This document shows positions 37,776 through 50,200 of a stretch of DNA of 64,000 nt, one piece after another (position 1 is the stretch's first letter; the number at the start of each line of letters is the position of its first letter). The stretch comes from Camelus ferus (taxonomy: Eukaryota): positions 4,652,001 to 4,716,000 of the forward strand of contig NC_045696.1 of NCBI RefSeq assembly GCF_009834535.1. The letters are read 5' to 3'. The notes beneath the pieces were generated by a model that ran no database searches, was not told the DNA's origin, and saw only the letters and a list, made by a program, of their open reading frames with translations. The position numbers and the translations under genes were made by a program.

Positions 37776-39194
37776 ACGGGAAATGATACCACTGCCATTG
37801 AATTTTACCACCTTCTGTTACTGTCTGGTTCAAAAGAACTTGAACAAAAAACATTAAAACAAAACAGCAAAAGCAAAAACAAAACAACAAAAGCAAAAAC
37901 AAACAAGAGGAACTTGAACCATTAAAAAAAACTTTAAAAACACTGATTTTTCTCCAGCTGTTATAAATTCATTTAAAGGAGAAACTGCACTTTACTTCCT
38001 GTTTGTTCTCATAGTTTCTGACCCAGAGGAGACGTTTGGCACATAGTTGCTGTTTAATGCACACTGTTGAAGTGACTCCCCCTGTGGGATATCTGCAAGC
38101 CCACAGGACTGAATATTACAAGACGATGACAGCCTTGGGACCCCATACTCTTGAGGTTATGCTTGCCTTTCCAATTTAACTTTGCACAACATCCTTAATT
38201 AGTTGATGCCATATGATGTATTGGTATGTTTTGGAAAAGTGATATTATTACTTATAATTCTTAAGGATCAAAATAGTGATTCAAATTACTGCTATTATTA
38301 TTATTTTTTTGCTACTGAATGTCTTTGAAACACATACTAACCTGGCTTTTATCAATCTGTAACAATTTCCATTTCAGAGCAAAAAACTTCTCTGAATTGG
38401 AAGCAAATGAATTCTTATCTGAAGTCTCAGGAATAAATTATTCTAGAACTTTTTTCCTAGACGTTTCAGTTGTATTAGTTCTTTGTATTACGAAGTTAAA
38501 AGCAAAGGAAAAGAAAGCTTTTTTGAAAGCCAGTGGTCTCTGATTACCGAAATAAAACAACTAAAATGAGAAAAAGCGTTTTGGATTGTTTTCACTCAGA
38601 TGACTGTCTGCTTCACTTAAGTACGATCCCTCATATGGACGTGGAACAAAGAGCCCCTTTAGAGCATCTAGAGGAAGAGGAAGCATCCTCGACGCTTAAT
38701 CAAGATACCTTTTCCCCTGTTCGTTCCTGTGTCTTTTCTGTCTCCCCTTTTCTACTTCCAGCATCCGTGTGGTTTCAGTGATGTGAGTTTAAATGTCCAC
38801 CACGCAGACCACACACTGATGCTGCCATCAAGACTGTAGCAGGGCTGGCTGGACGCCTCTCACCCACAGGCTCTGTTCATTAGGAAACCCTTTCATGCTT
38901 AATGAAGGCAAGAGGGAAGCCCACGCCGACTGACACACGTGCAGGTTCGTGCAGGGTGTTCCGCTGTGTGCTCCCGGGGATGGACTCTCACTGAGGATGG
39001 GGTTTCTCCTCCGCAAGATGGGGCCTCATGTGGCTGTCTTCTTCCGACATGAGCGCAGTGGAGTGGGCGATAGTGTCTGTTTTTATTGCTTTTTGAAAGT
39101 AGAAATGTTTTCCTAAATTTCTTTTTCTATATACTATTTAAAAAATCCAGAAGTTCTTGGCAGCTTATCTAATATTTTTCTTCTTCTTCTGTAC

Positions 39195-40147
39195 GTGTGC
39201 TTGAGGGGCATGTGTTTTGTGTGGAGTGTGTGTGTAGTATATGTGTGTGTAGTGTGTGTGGTGTATGTGTGTGTAGTGTATGTGGTATATGTGTGTGTAG
39301 TGTGTGTGGTATATGTGTTGTAGTGTGTGTGGCGTATATATGTGTAGTGTGTGTGGTGTATGTGTGTGTAGTGTATGTGTGGTATATGTGTGGTGTATGT
39401 GTGTGTAGTGTGTGTGGTGCATGTGTGTGTACTGTGTGTGGTATATGTGTGTGTAGTGTGTGGTATATATGTGTGTAGTGTGTGTGGTGTATGTGTATGT
39501 AGTGTATGTGTGGTATTGTGTGTATAGTGTGTGTGGTATATATGTGTGTAGTGTGTGTGGTGTGTGTGTAGTGTATATGTGGTATATATGTGTGTAGTGT
39601 GTGTGGTGTATGTGTAGTGTGTGGTATATGTGTGTAGTGTGTGTGTGGTGTATGTGTATGTAGTTATGTGTGGTATTGTGTGTATAGTGTGTGTGGTATA
39701 TATGTGTGTAGTGTGTGTGGTGTGTGTGTAGTGTATGTGTGGTATATATGTGTGTAGTGTGTGTGGTGTATGTGTAGTGTGTGGTATATGTGTGTAGTGT
39801 GTGTGTGGTGTATGTGTGTGTAGTGTGTGTGTGGTGTATGTGTATGTAGTGTATGTGTGGTATTGTGTGTATAGTGTGTGTGGTATATATGTGTAGTGTG
39901 TGTGGTGTGTGTGTAGTGTATGTGTGGTATATGTGTGTGTAGTGTGTGATATATGTGTGTAGTGTGTGGTGTATGTGTAGTGTGTGTGGTATATGTGTGT
40001 AGTGTGTGTGTGGTGTATGTGTGTGTAGTGTGTGTGTGGTATGTGTGTGTGTAGTGTGTATGGTGAGTGTGTGGTGTCGTGTGGTGAGTATGTGATGTGC
40101 GTGTGGTGAGTGTGTGTTGTGTGTGGTGAGTGTGTGGTGTGAGTGTT
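39195..40147. repeat. ~950 bp complex TG-rich micro/minisatellite array
   Basis: Reiterated ~22-28 bp units such as GTAGTGTGTGTGGTATATGTGT; top strand almost devoid of C. Confidence 0.98.
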
Positions 40148-43100
40148 GAGGGAACAGTAAGGACCGAGGGAGCTCTTTGGTTCTGCTCTTTCTTTCCTTC
40201 TTCCTGGCTTTGTGACCTTGTGGGCACTGATGCAAGGGACTGAGGGCAGATGAGCCCTGGCACAGATGGAGCGTGTCTGAGATGGCCTCTCCATCCACAC
40301 CTCTGTTTTCTGTGCTCCCGCTGCCTTCACAACTGGCTTCCTGGAGTACCCACCTCTCCCCGCCCCACTCACATCATCCTTGGCTGTCCAGTAACCAAAC
40401 TGACTTTCTTAATAGCTTTACATTACTTACTTTCTCTAGTGCATCTCTGGCTAAAATTTTATGGTGCCATTTACACACAGCTGAAGATAAGGCCTGTCAT
40501 TCCCCGCTCTTTCTCATTCACAGGAAGCTGGGGGTCGGGGAGGGGAGGTTTAGGGTTCCATGAGGGTAAGGTGCAGAGGCAAGAGTCCACTGCTGGTCTG
40601 TGTGACTCCAGCTGGTCTGGGAGCTGCACGTGGTTACTGCTGCCGAGGGAGGTCTGAGCATCACCCTGCCCGGTCAGGGAGAAAGTCCAGGAAGCAAAAG
40701 CTGCAGCATCTCCTGAAAGAGAAAGGCGTCCTTGCCTCAAGCCACGCCCCTTCTGTGTTTTCTGCCCCTTGGCTTCCCTCTCGATGGCTGTCTTGAGGTG
40801 GTTTCATCCAGCTGCACACTCACCCTGCTTTGCATTCTGCATCCTGGTAGCAGCACAATCAGAGGCTCATTAAGGGAACTAATCAATTCCATGCGTTGCA
40901 CTAGCACAGCAGATTACCACACAGGCAGAGCCATTAGCGAGGCAGTGCATTAACACATGGCATTTCCATGAATCAATATGGAGCCCTTGTAGAACAGAGC
41001 CTGGGCTTTTTTTTTTCTTCCTTTAAGAAAAACGGATGCTAGAAACAAGTTTTCAGATGTTTTCAAGTATGCCTTTTAGGAAGGGGAGAAAGAATTTTTA
41101 TCCTGCAAAATCATGCTTTTCTATGGGCCAGCTGTGGACTGTGATGTCTTTTATTATTTCTCTTGGGACTGTGTCATTAAAGATTAGAATTTGGACTTGC
41201 ATCCTTGGTAATCACAATTTGCATTTTTTTAAAGCATCACAGAGAATCATAGGAATGGATAACGTGTCATTTTACACACAGAGACCTACTCTAAAATGGA
41301 TTCCATGTTTAATATTAGCTGAAATCTACATTTAGTAAACAATGATTTTATATGTGCTCTTTTGTCATAAGTATTTCTTTAAAAATAGTACAATTTTCTG
41401 GCCTACATAAATTAAAAATGAACAGCACCGGCTAGAAACATGGTTGCTGAAAATGAATTCAAGTGTATTTTCCCCACTGGTGTTATCAACACTGCTTGTT
41501 CTTTGTCAGCCACAAACGTGTAAATAACATGTGATTTTTAAAACTGATGACACTTACATGACAGGGCTTCAGAAAGAAATTTTTATTAAGAAACTCTTAC
41601 TATCTTTTCCTGGACATGTATATTAAATTATTTTACGATGATGGGAGGAAAAGAGGCTTCTCTTCCAAAAAGCCGGGAAAACAGTAGCAATGATCTATTT
41701 TTGCATTGATTGTTTTATTCCAGACACAGGTGAAATTCCACTTTACCTGATCCTGGGCACAAGAGGGGAGAGTATATGGGACAAGGTGGGCTGTTGTAAG
41801 AAAACAAACGCAGGGATTTTTGGGGTCTGTGATGATCTGAATAATTCGTAAATGTGGAAATTCCCTGCTAAAGAGCCATCACAGAAACGAGGCTGCCTCA
41901 AAATATCTTGAGAATGCTGGTATCATTTCAATAGGATCTAAAATGAGAGCTCCCTCAGTACAGATTGAGGAGAAGGGTGTCCTTCTATTTAAAAAAATAC
42001 CCAACATTCATGTTTTTCATATTTTCATAGCCTGTAATTACTCTTAATCAAAGTACAACAAATAGTAAACAGTAAAAATGAAATAAATGTGGTGACAGTT
42101 TGCCAATAACGAGAAGAAAATGTTCCATCTGTCTAGCCGCGAGTAAAATGGGTGTAATTACTGCTCATTTTTCTCGTAATTGCTGAGTTATTAGTTTAAA
42201 GCTTACACCCAACTGGTGAACAGTGAGTACTGCCCACTCCCTAATTATAGCCCCGCTTTGCCGAGCTCGAAATCAGGGAAGGCAGGAGCCGAGAAAGCGA
42301 TCTGAATTAACCCTGACTGCTTGCATAGAATGGTGACTGGCTATTTAATTTGAATTTTGTAAGCTCCAGGTTCCCTTCCCACCCAAATGTTAAACCACAG
42401 AGCTTATCATTCTGTTTTGAATTACAATTTATTTTTAAATTAATCATCTTGAATCTATTTCCTATGATGAACTCATGAGGTGGTTTTTGCTACAAACAAT
42501 CCAAGCAGACCATCTCCCTTTAAATCATATTTGTTAAAGTTATACATAGTTTATTCCTATCCAGGGCTCTATGAGTGGTTATATTCCCATCTTGTAATCA
42601 AGGAAATTCTTTTTGAAAGTTCAGGATTACGCTTGGGTAGTCAGTACCTGACAGTACACATTATAGAGCAAATATAGAAAAGAAGCATCTTCCTTGATCT
42701 TTTCCTTTTGGCACATGTCGAAGCATTCAGGCAAATATAAATATAGCTGCAGTTTACTCATTTCTCTAATACATCATCTTATCTCCAAGGTTCACTTAAG
42801 AAAGACTGTGCTTGATCATGTTCTCACTGGAAGAACGGAGACTGTGGATGCCTTTGCCTATGACTGTTTTAGCAAAGATGGATATTTCTGGATTAATTCT
42901 ATTCGGATCCTTTTCTTTGGTCTAGATAGGGAACTATAACTCCCTGCAGACAAAGATGGTGTTTGTGATTTGAGGGTGAGCTGGATTCTGCATTGATCAC
43001 TGGGTTCTGGGAATGTTCCTAATGAAACCTGAATTTACAGCATGCCTTGCTCAAGGAACACTGATGACAGGAATGCTTATAAGAGAGGCACATTTGCGAG

Positions 43101-44854
43101 CCATGGAGTATTTGTTGAGGGAGATGATGTAAAAAGTCCTGGGAATCCTAGACTAAAACACTTGGACTGGCGTGGTATGTTTTTGCCAAGCATGTCAAGT
43201 CATTTGAGTTTCAGGAGACAATGAAAGCATAACATATTGTTCATTTTGATTCCTCTTAGCCTAAGTGATAGCAGGGCATATTTTTCTATGTTAAAGATAC
43301 TATCCTAAAAAATAATGATTATGGCAAAATTTGGTGTGGCATATTCACTGGCGTAAACCTCACACTTTCAAAAAGAGGGGCGATGAAGGAAGGCCTTTGT
43401 GGTTATTAGACAACCTGAAATCAAAGAATCAAAGTCGTTTCCATTCCTAGTTGCAGAAGCAATGAATCCCCTCCCCCCACCGAGAGAGCAAGGTGCAGAA
43501 GAGAGAGAATATTTAACCTCTGGGTTGAGATAAGCTGCTGAAAATTACGGAACCGTATTTTAAAAATCTTCCTTCTAAGCCCCCGAGAGCTGCAGCATCC
43601 CAGATTCTTTTGAGCTCCACATAAATGTCTGTGCTGCCAGGGATCACGAGCGCCATGCATAATCCTTTGGTTGTGCTCACCAGCTGGGGAGCAGAGATAG
43701 GGAGTGTTTCAGCTTTAAAAATGGTGCTGATACTTCACCCAAAAGCAGAGAAATGAAATGAGTATTTGCATAATCTCTCTAGAGTCACCCAGGTTTCTTT
43801 CAACCTTCTTACCATGTTTAAAAAAATCTATTAAGAGAATATTAGAACAAAATGCATTTTCCTCTTCAGAGAATTTATTTTGCCTCTGCCTTCGGGGTCC
43901 TGTGGGTCTTTTCGCTTGTTTTATTTATTTATTTTAATGCAGAGTTTTTGTCTTTTTTCTTTCTCTCTCTCTCTCTTTTTTTTTTTTTTTTTTTAATTTT
44001 TACTTTGTTCCCGCTATTCTCTGTTTTAGTCAACAACTCGTGTTTAGATCAAATTATTTAACTTGGAAACTTAGTTCTTAGCTATGGCTAAAGTATTTTC
44101 TAAAAAGGTCCTCAATAAATTACAGTGTGAACATTGTGATATCTTACCTCCTGGAATTGAAATATAGAAACTAAAGTTCACAGTGTCAATGGCTTTTTCA
44201 CTCTGTTTATTTCTCCCATTTACTTATACAAGAAAATGTGGCAAAGTGAGTTCTTGTGTACTTGAAAGGACTATTCCTGGGTCATACACCACCTTCTCTA
44301 CCAACACACACACTCAGATGCTTACACACTCACACACACACTATCAGACACTCACAACACACATTCAGATTCACACACACACACTGGTATATAAGTCCTA
44401 AATAATAAGCCTTCTCTCTGTGCTGTTAAGACGAGCTGGCTAGCCTGCCTCCCTCACTCCCTCTTTCTTTTTCAATTTGATTATTTCCATTAACTCTAGT
44501 TTCTGAATCTTCCCTTTAACTTTTTAATAATTTTCAGTCTGGACCATCCACTTTCTTGAAAGTCACCCACAACTGTTTAATTTTGAAATGCCATGGTTAT
44601 CACCCTACTGGACCCCCTGGCATTTGGTGTTGCTGTCTTAGCCTTTTCTTCCTGAGAGCCTCCTATCCCTTGCTCTCTTCTGTTTCTCTCCCTTTGTCAT
44701 TTTTATTTCCCCCTTTCTTTCCTGCTGATAGGATTCCTCTTGGTTCTTCTTCCCTGGCTGCCCCCTTTCTCTGTGCCCCTTCTTCCTTAAACTGTGACCT
44801 CTGTATTAGCTATTCCCACATGCATTCGCTCTTTTATTCCACGGATACATCCTA

Positions 44855-45180
44855 AGACCCTTATATGTGCTGGAGACTGTTTTGGGGACTGGGAATATGA
44901 TAGAGAATAAAAAAAGATCAAAGTTCCTGTCTTCATGGAGCCTGCACTACAGTAGGGGAAGCAGATAGACAACTTTTAAGATAAACATGTAAAATATGGC
45001 GTATTTGCTGACAAGTGCTGTAGAGAAAAGTAAGCCAAGGAAGGGTAAGAGGTTTAGGCTGTTTCACACTTTGAATAGGGTGGTCTGTGAAGGGGTCTCA
45101 GAGAGGTGGCTATTACAGCAAAGATGTGAGTATATTTGGAGGAAGAGCCTTGCAGGCAGACAGAATCTTAAGTGTAAAAT
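44855..45180 (-). mobile_element. L2 LINE 3' fragment
   Basis: TATATGTGCTGGAGACTGTTTTGG..CCTGTCTTCATGGAGCCTGCAC..AGTAGGGGAAGCAGATAGAC..ATAGGGTGGTCTGTGAAGG..TGGAGGAAGAGCCTTGCAGGCAGA. Confidence 0.78.
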
Positions 45181-46984
45181 GGAAAATTCGTGATACTGCA
45201 TTTCAATGGGAGAAGCCATAATACGCCCTGGGCTGTGGAGTGAAGCCCCCAAGAACCCAGGTTCAAGCTGCTACCAGGAAGTCCCACTTGCTCACATGGA
45301 GACAGGCTGGGCTGGCTCTGTGCACATGCAGAGCAGACACCACGGTCCTGGGCAGAGCAAGCTGGACGGCCGTTCTCCAGTATCTTTAAAGAGAGATGCT
45401 TTCATGTTGTATCTTGAAGACAAAAGGAACATACTCCAATGTACTTAAAAAAGAGATAGCTGCTAAGGTTTCCTGTTTTTTTTTTTTTTAAGTTAGTGTA
45501 TGTTCCTTGGTCAAAATAAAGTGGGGGGCAAATTCATCATGTACTTCCTTTGAGAGAAAACAAGCTTGTGTTTTCTGTATGCGGCTCTCTCTGACTCACC
45601 CACACCCCAGCATCTTATACTGTTAGACACTCCCTCCCACAGCTCACCCGGACCCTTGTGGGTTTGCTCTATTTCTCAAATTGTCCCCAGGTTGTTCTTA
45701 AGCTATAGTCCTAACTGATGCCCTTTATGGGTTGTGATTTTATCCCCAATTTCTTGCTAACCCCCTCCTTTCTTCCCAGTCAGTTAACTGCTCAAGTAGG
45801 AGAATCCGTGTGGGTGTGTGCTAAGAAAATAACGATGGCTATACAGGCTCTGAACTAATACGTTGAAATTAACACATTTCCTTAAGCAGGCATTTTCCAA
45901 ATAATTATTTTAGATTTTTGCGTATTTTATTTTACTGATTGCTAATTTGTTTTATTCAGATGCTATTTGCCAAGAATAGGAATTTCCAGGACATTTAGAG
46001 AGTGAAAAGTGAGGCAAGATGTTTGGAACAGCTGCACTGTTGCCTCTGAGCTGTGGTGAGAGTGTGTGTGATCTCCATATGTCAAATACTGCACATGCAG
46101 AAGCGACCTGTGAGTGGGTCTTACTGTTTGATCTTGTGGAGTCATCACCTGCCTCCCAGGACCACCAGCATTTGATCGTGTTGGGTATAGTTCCTCCATG
46201 ACGTATGACAGGTGGTATAGAAGAAATCATTTCAGACTGCCACTCTCCACTTCTGAAACCCAAGTATCACATTCAGAGTTGGAATCTATTAAAGAAACTA
46301 TCATTCAGCATTTGTTTTTGTTCTCTGGTGATGACATATTAAATAAGGGAGAACCAAAAACTGGGAAAACAGCAATAAACAATTTAAAGGGGGTTTAGGA
46401 TAGCAAACTGCTTTAGAACAATGAATGTTGGCAATGACCAGGAAATGGATAATTAACTCTCCTCCATGGAATTTTTGCAAAATCTCCAGGAATAAATCCC
46501 ACTAGGACCAGTAAAAGGAAAAAGTGATGCAGGTGAAAACTTAAGCAAATTATTTGAGCATTTGTACCCAAAATCATTCCAGTATTTGTGCGGTCATATA
46601 GTGTGCATGTTGAAGTAATGCCCACCCCCTTGGAGGGACTCTCACGTGGTCACACCCTTTTCTCAGCTGCAAAGCTACTGGGCTTCCTGCTCATCTGGTG
46701 CAATTGGGCGGCTCCCTCTTTCTGAAAGTACTGCACAAAACCAAGACAGAAAAACTGCAGGTTTGGAAATAAGGAGCAAATGAGAGCACTTACACGATGA
46801 ACTGAGCAATTTCAACACTGTAATGTGGTCGTGTCCTCCCAATAAGCACATCATGTTATTTCCTTCTGGACTTGGTGTTTGATGGATTAAGGACAATTAT
46901 AATAACCCTCATACGTGGAGCACTAGCAGGACCTGTTGGGCACTTTATGTTAATGTGTTTGTGCGTCGGTATAAGAGACCTCTA

Positions 46985-47240
46985 GGATATGTATGCATAT
47001 CTGTATATAAAACACTTTAACATGTGTGTACAGAACAATCCTTTAATATATGTGTGTATATATGTGTATCCTTTAATGTGTTATGTATGTATACACTATA
47101 TATGTTTCATAGTATGTACATATATAACACCACTCTCTAATGCATGTGTATATATGTACACACGTGTGTACTTACGCCTGTATGCGTGTACACACGTGTA
47201 TACATGTATAAGGGCTCTTTTGTGCAAGTGCATGTGTGTA
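46985..47240. repeat. Low-complexity alternating purine-pyrimidine tract (TA/TG/CA)
   Basis: Degenerate TATG/TGTA/CACG repeats including the perfect palindrome GTACACACGTGTGTAC at 47156-47171. Confidence 0.8.
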
Positions 47241-50200
47241 AAAGGATCCTGCTGAGTAGGGACTGCTATTCTTCCCATTTTACAGACAGGAACTCCACTT
47301 GCTGAGGGCCCCTGTCTACTAGGTGGGGACCTAGGGGTGCACCAGGGACCCCACCCCCCCCCCGGCCTGCAGAGACTGCACTTTACCTTTCTAGGTGGGC
47401 AGCTCTGATGGGCCAATATATAAACAGGTAGATTTTCTGTACAGTTACGCTTCTTGGTATCTTATTAAATGTGGGCATAGAAAAGATGTCTCTCTAACCA
47501 ATGCATAGACATAGTCCCAAGGTGGTTCCTGGTGAAGAGATAGAAGGAAAGCCATATTGCTGCCTCCTCCAGGCACTCAGTCCCTCCTCAGCTCCCAAAC
47601 TCTCTGCACTGAAACCCCAGGTCAGAGCCTTCAGGGTTTTCTTCTCTTTCTGAAAGAGATCCGTGGCCTTTCCCTGGTTAATAGTTACAGTTTCAGACTG
47701 TCATTCATCACGTTCTTGTGATAGAGTCAGTATACCAAGATTTAAAAGAAATGATATTTAAAGTGATTTTTCTGATGAATCCAAAAATAGCTCTAAGCTA
47801 TTCTGACCTTCCTTAATTCTCTTCTCCATTTATCTGGGTAAACATCCACTGAGTGACTAACACGTGACAGTCTGTGCCAGGGTCCAGAGATGGGGTCCTT
47901 GTGGTTTTTACGGTCCAAGAGATACATAAATGGCTACCAGCGACGCGATGATGGATGTCACGGTTCTGTGAGCATGGCCATTTGTGACTGCGAGCCCAGC
48001 TCTGACAGATGAAGAGGCACCAAGCAGGGAGGACAGAGGGGGAAGGACATGAGAATGTCAGAGCTATGCCTTCTGCAGACTCATGGGACCGTAAGTGTGT
48101 GTGCAGTGTATGCAGAGTGACATGTTTATTCATTCTTTGTTTCAAAGCTATTTTTGAGCACTCACTTTATACAGCAAGGCCCTATTTTAAACTTAGTTCA
48201 GCAACAAAGTCTAATACAGCTTAGTCTTTGTGTTTAAGGAGATCAGAATTAAGTAGGTAGGAAAACAGATGCAGTCACTAACTGTAACATAAAGTCCTAA
48301 GTCACCTGTATGGGAGGGGAGGGTAGCAAAGCCATTAGGGGAGTTCAGATGCCTCCACCGTAGGGGCAGCAGTGAACATGTCAGGAGATGCCACGTTGCA
48401 CCGGGCCTTTCTTCTCTGCCTCAGTCCTGCTCTCAGATTCTGACATCTTGGTTCCGTGCCACACTTCCTAACAGTCCTGCTCTCTCTCAGTTTCTGGGTT
48501 ATATTCTCATTGCTACTTGGCTCTTTCAGTTTAAATTAATTCTGTGAGAACATTGCCTTATTCATTTACCTCTGGCCTCCGGCACTGTTCGTCTGTAGAG
48601 TGAAGTATTGGGTCACATCAGAATTTGCTTTAACTGGTGCGTTTCTAAAAAGAACTTTGACTCAGTATCAAATCTCGGGCTTTACAGGAGCCAGTTACCC
48701 TTCATGTACATTTCTCGCAGCTTTTATATAAACTGCTAATTTAATATGTAATACATTTTACATGTTACATCCAAGTTAGGGCTAGGGTGTTTAGGAATCT
48801 CTGAAGGGTGCCAGAGTGGGCTCTTTTGGGAGAGAGCCCTGATCCCCTTTTTCGCTTGGACCACCCACACACGCTGTTGCGTACTTTCTTCTTTTCCTTT
48901 CTTTGTCACAAGGTGGTCAGAGCTCTAGAGAGTGAGGGGACACTTAGCAGAGACCTTACTTCACTGAGGTGTTTGGAAGGCAGGCTGGGCCCCTCACTTC
49001 GTGGTTGAGAGTCCCAGGCAGAGTGAAGAGGCTGCTGTGCCTGAGATGGGGGCACTGGCGTGGACAGAAACTTGGTGGTGAATATTCTGCCTGGGACATG
49101 CTGCTAAAAGGAAGATAAGACCATCAAGAAGCTTCTCGATGTTACGGCCGAGCAGCCAAGGTTCAAAGCCAGGGGCGAGTCAAGGAGAGCAGAGTGTATG
49201 AAGGAGCCTCTGGTGTGTCCACAGCTGTCAGTGCTCTTGGGTGGCCTAGAGTGACCGGAAGTGGACAAGGCAGTCATGGTGGGGGCAGCGCCCACCCCTC
49301 CTACCTTCTTTTATGGACAAATGGGCTGCTGGTGAGGCAGGGAGGTGCCCACAGGGGACACCCAGGTGGGCCCGACTCAACTGGTGGTGCAAGTGTCCTT
49401 CCTGGCCAGTGGCTGGCTGCTGTCAAGGGTGCTGACAAATGGGGCCCTCCCTGACTACTGGGAGGCTCAGCTGGTCCCCTGCTGGCCTTGGGCAGGGACA
49501 GCGGAGGTTCCCAAGTATGGGGAGACACAGGACTCCCAGACATTTGGACCATACCCTTCTAGGGGCCATTTGCTGAGACCGCCCATTCAGCTTTTCCTGG
49601 CTTTCCCGCTTCTTGGAAAAGCTCCCTGAGGGAGCCACGGCGTCAGAGCCTCATTCCCTCTAATGATCTCTCTCTCTTCTGCTCGCTCTGTTTCCCTTTC
49701 CTTCCCCCTACCCTCCCTTCCTCTTTCTCTCTCCTCCTCTCAATTGCCTTTGAATCTTGCGAACTGCTTTCTCTACATCTTCATTTATTTACGGAATGAT
49801 AAATATTAATACAGTCAGGCATAGATCAATTCTGTCAGAGGGCTACAATAGCTGGACTCATTTGAGGGGTGATTTTATTGATTATTTTTGCTCTCCTATG
49901 TCCAAAAAACCTGCAAAGCCAGGTGATTACAGCCATCGGGTATCGTTCAGGATCACTTCCCTCAGCACCGGTGTCAGCAGTTCCAGAAGCAAGCGCACCT
50001 CCTCAGAGGCCCTGTGCATGGCCAGAGAGCTACCCTTGCAAACTCACACCTGTAAGGTAACGCCCACTTCTGCTGCATGAACACGTGCTTCCAAAGGCAT
50101 GCTCTTGTCTAACCTTCCAGCGCACAGGGAGGCAGGCATGGCTGGTGTCCCCGTTCTATAAGCAAAGCACTGAGATGCAGAAAGTTTGAAGAACTTGCCC

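Noticed and set aside
39134..40372. 412 aa, 377 aa and 199 aa His/Thr/Tyr-rich ORFs on the minus strand
   Set aside because: They are translations of the CA-rich strand of the TG array, which almost lacks stop codons by composition; overlapping frames are all open and there is no domain signal
49108..49253. Coding-looking stretch KEDKTIKKLLDVTAEQPRFK..
   Set aside because: Bounded by stops, no upstream ATG or acceptor with a pyrimidine tract, no recognised homology
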